Shown here in pieces: positions 61,788 through 64,000 of a stretch of DNA of 64,000 nucleotides. The DNA lies in assembly GCA_963724765.1 (NCBI GenBank), contig CAVRVY010000001.1, forward strand, positions 1,280,001 to 1,344,000, written 5' to 3'. Origin of the DNA: an uncultured delta proteobacterium. Lineage in GTDB: Bacteria > Desulfobacterota > Binatia > Binatales > Binataceae. Under the pieces are notes generated by a model. The model was not told where the DNA came from. It did no database searches and worked only from the letters and a program-made list of their open reading frames with translations. A program made the translations under genes and the position numbers. The stretch's first letter is position 1; every line of letters begins with the position of its first letter.

Positions 61788-62224
61788 GCGCCGCGCCGGG
61801 CGTCGAGCAAACGCCTGACCCGATGAAGGCCGTCGATCCCGCCGTCGATCATCAACTCCAGCGGCGGCTTGCCCCCCAGCAGCGGATTCGCGTTGCGAAG
61901 CCTGACCCATTGGTCCGCGAGCTCGGCCTGGGGGTAGAGGATGTGAAGAGCCTTGTAGATTCCGAGGACCAGCGAAATCCTGCTCAGCATGTCGAAGGAG
62001 AGTGTGCCGGTCTGGCCGGCCTTGTACTTGTGATAGGTGGAGGGGGCCGGCCAGCCCAGAAGCCCACGCTGCTGGTTGACGCTGAGATCCCATGCCGCGC
62101 AGATGTTGAGGAAGGTCCGCATCGCGGGCGCGGAGAGCCGCCGGCGCACCTCGGGGTCATGACGGCCGGGTGTGGCGTCATGCAAACGCTCCAAACCATC
62201 GCTCAGTCTCTCGGGCAGAACCAT
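61778..62224 (-). CDS. Xre/MbcA/ParS antitoxin
   Basis: N-terminal HTH-like part, RIS..LGIYKAL, W...N....G..PL..M, VRR.LDA.RG; AAGGAG RBS. Confidence 0.88.
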   Translation of the reverse strand: MVLPERLSDGLERLHDATPGRHDPEVRRRLSAPAMRTFLNICAAWDLSVNQQRGLLGWPAPSTYHKYKAGQTGTLSFDMLSRISLVLGIYKALHILYPQAELADQWVRLRNANPLLGGKPPLELMIDGGIDGLHRVRRLLDARRGAWN

Positions 62225-62252
62225 CCGCCGGTCTCTCCTTATGGACACTCTA

Positions 62253-62266
62253 CTCCATATATGGAG
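62253..62266. promoter_or_regulatory. Perfect palindrome, candidate toxin-antitoxin operator
   Basis: CTCCATATATGGAG about 30 bp upstream of the antitoxin ATG. Confidence 0.6.
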
Positions 62267-62305
62267 AATGCGGCAATCGGGTCAAAGTTGGAAGATGTTC
62301 CGCGT

Positions 62306-63448
62306 CTATGGGATCGTCACCGCAACGCCGGTTTTGCGCGCGACGTAGCCGCTTAGCAGGCGCAACATCGACGGCGTGACCTCGCTTATCGCGCCGGGGC
62401 GAAAGCCGACGCTGTGCGGCCCCCGCTCCCGCATCATCCCGAGTATCGAGAGCCGAAGCGTCCCCGCGAGGCCCTGGTAGTACTGTAAGCGTCGCAAGTC
62501 CATCGGGGCGGTGGCATGGTAGAGCGAGAGGTAGAGCGCGTTGAACGTGCGGCGCAGGTTGTTCCCGGCCGCGTTATCGCGCATCCAGCGCGGATGCTCC
62601 ATCGCGCTGGTCGACAGGATTACCGCCGTGGTGGCGACGTCGAAATGGCGGTCACCGACCGCTGCGTTGGCCCAATCGATAACCCCTGTCACGCGGAATC
62701 CGCTAACCAGGACATTTTGCGGATGATAGTCCAGGTGGAGAAACGAGGGTGGGGCGTCTTTGAACTCCGCTGCGCGACGGCGCAAACGCTCAAGCGCCGC
62801 GGCCAGCCCCGGCAGCGGACCCTGCTCGACGCGCGCCGCGACGGTCTCTAGAGTGCGTTCGAGCAGGCGCGCCGCCGCGCCTTGTGCGTCATCCTTCGCA
62901 CGATTTTCCGTACCATCTTGCGACGGGCGCACGAGTCCCGGCTGATTCGTGGCACCCGGCGCTCTGAGCGCCTCGAGCGCGAACGGCGCGACCGCCATCC
63001 GATGCAACCGTGCCTGCGTGCGCACGAATCCCAGGAAGCCCATCGAGAACGTCCGGAACGCTTGCGGGAAAGAGCGAACCGCAAAAAGCGGTCCGCCGCC
63101 GAGGCGTTCCATCACCAGAAATGGCGCACCGATAGCTGCGCCGCTCGGCTCGAACAGGTAGGGCCGCGGCACGGGATAGCCGGCGCTGGCCAGATAACTG
63201 AGGGTGCGGAATTCCAACGCCCCCTTGTCGGCCGCCTCGACGCTTGGATAGAAGCGCAGCACCAGCGGCGCGCCCGGCTCGACTCCGGTGAGCGTCCCGG
63301 TGCGGCTGCGCAACTCGAATTCGTACAGCGTCGTTTCCCATCCGCTCGCCAGCACGCGCAGATGCTCGACGCCGGCGCCGAGGTAAAGGGAAAGGGCGGC
63401 GGCCAGGGTTTCAGGCTCGGCGGGGAGTTGAGGCGAGGCGTCCGGCAC
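62306..63448 (-). CDS. APH-like phosphotransferase family protein
   Basis: LVLR, PVPRP, FLVMERL.G, HLDYHPQNVL, VIDW. Confidence 0.85.
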   Translation of the reverse strand: MPDASPQLPAEPETLAAALSLYLGAGVEHLRVLASGWETTLYEFELRSRTGTLTGVEPGAPLVLRFYPSVEAADKGALEFRTLSYLASAGYPVPRPYLFEPSGAAIGAPFLVMERLGGGPLFAVRSFPQAFRTFSMGFLGFVRTQARLHRMAVAPFALEALRAPGATNQPGLVRPSQDGTENRAKDDAQGAAARLLERTLETVAARVEQGPLPGLAAALERLRRRAAEFKDAPPSFLHLDYHPQNVLVSGFRVTGVIDWANAAVGDRHFDVATTAVILSTSAMEHPRWMRDNAAGNNLRRTFNALYLSLYHATAPMDLRRLQYYQGLAGTLRLSILGMMRERGPHSVGFRPGAISEVTPSMLRLLSGYVARKTGVAVTIP

Positions 63449-63545
63449 GGCGAGGCGAGCGTAGTATGCGCGTCACCCGCGGCGCAATTGCCTATGGCAG
63501 CCAGCCGCGACCGTGCCGCAGGAATCTATGGGGTCTTGCGGATAG

Positions 63546-64000
63546 CTACTTCGACGACGCGCCGGGCTGCGGCGGCTCCGGGGCGTCGGGATTCGCTGGC
63601 GCGGAGCCCGGCCGGGCAGGGTTCGATTGCGAGGTAGCCGGCGCCTGCTCCGAGGGCGGAAATACATGGTAGTTCTGCGTACCGTCTTCCAGCGGCTTCA
63701 TCCGTCGCATCGTCTCGGGAATGGCTCCGTGCTCTCCGTAAGTGTGCTGGAGCGTGGACGTGAGCAGCGGCCCGCGCGTGTCGGAGATGTCGACAGTGAC
63801 CTCGACCGAAAGGCCCATCCGCAGCGGTTTGTCGGGCGGCTCGGGCTGGTCGAGCACTACCTTGACCGGTATGCGCTGCACGACTTTGACCCAGTTGCCG
63901 GTGGCGTTTTCCGGCGGCAGCAAGGCGAAGGCCGAGCCGGTGCCGATACTGATGGAATCGACGTGGCCACGGTAGATGTAGCCGGGGTAGATGTCGGCTT
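63546..64000 (-). CDS. HlyD/EmrA-family secretion protein, C-terminal part (runs off the window)
   Basis: GTGSAFALLPPENATGNWVKVVQRIPV, LRMGLSV. Confidence 0.88.
   Translation of the reverse strand, partial: ADIYPGYIYRGHVDSISIGTGSAFALLPPENATGNWVKVVQRIPVKVVLDQPEPPDKPLRMGLSVEVTVDISDTRGPLLTSTLQHTYGEHGAIPETMRRMKPLEDGTQNYHVFPPSEQAPATSQSNPARPGSAPANPDAPEPPQPGASSK

Noticed and set aside
61113-62093. 326-aa RES ORF
   Set aside because: The first 102 codons overlap the antitoxin in another frame; the RES domain starts at GTG 61787

Overview
High-GC bacterial chromosomal segment from a diderm (waaF, lpxD, TolC). The mix of an hpnK-like gene, GT87 paralogues, haloalkane dehalogenase and a UGSC protein resembles Candidatus Binatota, but that is inference only. 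About 50 genes are mostly housekeeping or metabolic (M1 aminopeptidase, malQ, zwf, acnA, thiO, Lhr helicase, a hybrid PAS kinase, MacAB-like exporter, RES-Xre toxin-antitoxin pair). I saw no rRNA, tRNA, CRISPR array, integrase or transposase. Main signals: (1) an AcrVA2/FinQ-family gene (50817-51881, minus) outside any visible mobile element, directly behind three tandem aldehyde dehydrogenase paralogues and lacking an ATG; (2) a selenoprotein split by the ORF caller (26566-27093, in-frame UGA in U-G-S-C-x-x-C with a SECIS-like hairpin), coupled to a thioredoxin-fold fusion partner and a thiolase; (3) a small exported Cys-Cys-rich peptide; (4) a GT87/GT2-methyltransferase/GDP-fucose glycosylation cluster; (5) several reading-frame lesions that may be real or sequencing errors. 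Family calls come from motif recognition, not database searches.
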